From: Paragordius varius
Taxonomy: Eukaryota > Animalia > Nematomorpha
Reading direction: 5' to 3'
Length of the DNA stretch: 64,000 nucleotides
NCBI GenBank assembly: GCA_964247055.1
Contig: OZ176057.1
Coordinates: 6,200,001 to 6,264,000, forward strand
The position numbers and the translations under genes were made by a program. Shown here piece after piece: positions 62,286 through 64,000 of this stretch. The notes beneath the pieces were generated by a model. That model was not told where the DNA came from. It worked only from the letters and a program-made list of their open reading frames with translations, and made no database searches. Position 1 is the stretch's first letter, and every line of letters starts with the position of its first letter.

Positions 62286-64000
62286 CTAGATATATATCAT
62301 TATTGTAGGCTATAACCATAGGTAATATGGTAACCATTGCAGATAAATTCAAATTTTTATTTCAAATTAATTATTTTGTGGGGTTTTCGATTATCCTAAA
62401 ATATGTATGTTCGGGCACAATTACGATTTTGAATCTGTCTCAAAGTGTTTTCATAATAACACATTACCTTTTCATTTTGTGGATGATTAAAATTTTGGGT
62501 CGTTTTATACCCCATAGTTTAACTAACCTGTACTGTTTTAAAGGTTGTCTTGGTTTTCGTATTATCAACGGACATTTTCTATGTTAAATAAAAAAGATTA
62601 TTTTTTTTCGATTTTTCTACAAGATTGCTCACAAACTTGATTGAAAAAAGGCTAATTTATATAATCAAAATCAAATATACCACTCTAAAATGTTTCTGGA
62701 TGCTTTCTTAATTTATTAATTTATTTGCTTTTTTTAACCATTATTACATAATTTCTGTGCATAAAATGATTATTTCTCCACGGGTGGGACTGAATACAGG
62801 AAAATATGTGGTTTACTCGGCTACGGTGCATTTTTATATCCAATTAAATATTGACGGGCACTTTTACGGGAACATTGCTTTAAAGTTAATATTTTTGATG
62901 GCTGAATTGAGTTGGCTGGCCTAAGAATTAAAAAAACTAATGTTGCACTGAGAGCTCTCATACGGTTTCGAAATATTATATTTTAGCCATAAATTGTTCA
63001 AATAAATCATTTTTAAATGGGCAGAATAAAACTGAGAGGCTTATTCAAAAAAAGGCCTAGTCACTCTTCGCAATTGTAAAATAATATTTATCTAAATGTT
63101 TCGGGAACGTGCTTCTAACCTAGTGTTTTAAAAAAAATTGCAAGGATGGGGCTGGACTAGGCAAAGTCATTCTCAGCGCATTTATAAATAATAAAAAACA
63201 CCACGTTTAAATATTCATTAGCTCACATGCTATCCAAAAATTTGGTTCAACCTCAAAATTTTAATTCTTCTATATTCATGCTAAGTGGAGTCCAATTGTG
63301 AGGGGCATTAAAAAGGGCCTAGTTACCCTCGGCTCCATTGTAAAAACAATAAATATTCTTTATTGAAACTGACTGTGCCTACACATTTTCCAAGATAGTG
63401 CTTTAAAACCAATATATGTTAAAAAAAAGGGGCAAATTTTAGAAAATGGCTTAGTCACTGTCGGCGCTATTGGAAAACAATAAAAGTTCACTATTGAATT
63501 TGGATGGTCCTACACGCTTTCCAAAAAATTGCTTCAACGTCAAAATGTCTTAACGCCCGCATTTTTAGACTATGTAGGGCCAAATTGAGTGGCTAATTAA
63601 ATAAAAAGGGCTTAAGTTTCGGCGCAAGAAAATAATTTAAAAAATGTTTATTACAACTGACTGTACCTATACGTTTTGTTAATGTCGTGTCAAAACCAAC
63701 AATTCTTTCAAAACCCCATTTTCATATGAGTGAGAGGCTAAACAGAGGGGCTAATTTTTTAAACGGGCTTAGTCACACTCAGTGCCTTTGTGAAACATTA
63801 TTGGACACTGTGTTATTAGAAGAAATGAATTTAAAGCAAGCATTTATCCATTTAGTAATTTAAATGTAATAAGATGGCTATTTACTATGCAAACATATTA
63901 GAGGAAGCGTCGATTCTGGACATAATAGTATTTAAAATTTCATAAAAATTTGGTTAAAATTTTTTTAATATTTTCCCGCGGTTTACATAAAAAAATATCT

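Larger units (their letters stand above)
30860..64000. repeat. Degenerate tandem array of ~5-6.6 kb units (four kinase cassettes seen; continues past the window end)
   Basis: Homologous blocks recur in the same order. Kinase cassettes start at ~35838, 40825, 47449 and 59373, giving spacings of ~5.0, ~6.6 and ~5.7 kb after subtracting the hAT and Tc1 insertions. Confidence 0.9.

Noticed and set aside
1087-63000. Remaining short AT-rich ORFs in the track
   Set aside because: F/I/K/L/N/Y-biased chance ORFs, many overlapping MITEs, with no motifs or splice support.
30860-64000. Helitron identity for the tandem array
   Set aside because: No Rep/helicase ORF and no convincing 3' GC hairpin plus CTRR end; kept only as a hypothesis.

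Overview
Very AT-rich eukaryotic (metazoan, invertebrate-like) DNA with spliced genes; no prokaryotic operons, rRNA or CRISPR. The first ~28 kb holds five genes rebuilt by hand from GT-AG exons: the 3' end of an alkaline phosphatase (+), an orphan single-pass membrane protein with a Lys/Ser-rich tail (-), a 7-exon Fringe glycosyltransferase (+), a 7-exon GILT thiol reductase (-) and a Reeler-domain gene with a 1-nt frameshift (-). Their introns are full of MITEs and foldback elements. From ~30.9 kb to the end lies a degenerate tandem array of ~5-6.6 kb units. Each unit has a ~1.15-kb palindromic cassette of two tail-to-tail STE20-like kinase pseudo-exon sets. Two units also carry a relic intronless type-I membrane protein ORF, and a hAT element and an IS630-Tc1 element inserted later. 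The main finding is an IS630-Tc1-mariner lineage with CAGTCATG ends and DD30E spacing whose transposase is split by 22-26 nt spliceosomal-type introns. The copy at 17903-19863 gives an uninterrupted 395-aa ORF once four such introns are removed. A divergent copy at 56408-59176 has a 22-nt intron at the same codon plus a run of 60-nt microexons separated by 24-25 nt introns. All family calls rest on recalled motifs; no database search was run, and coordinates of degenerate repeats are approximate.
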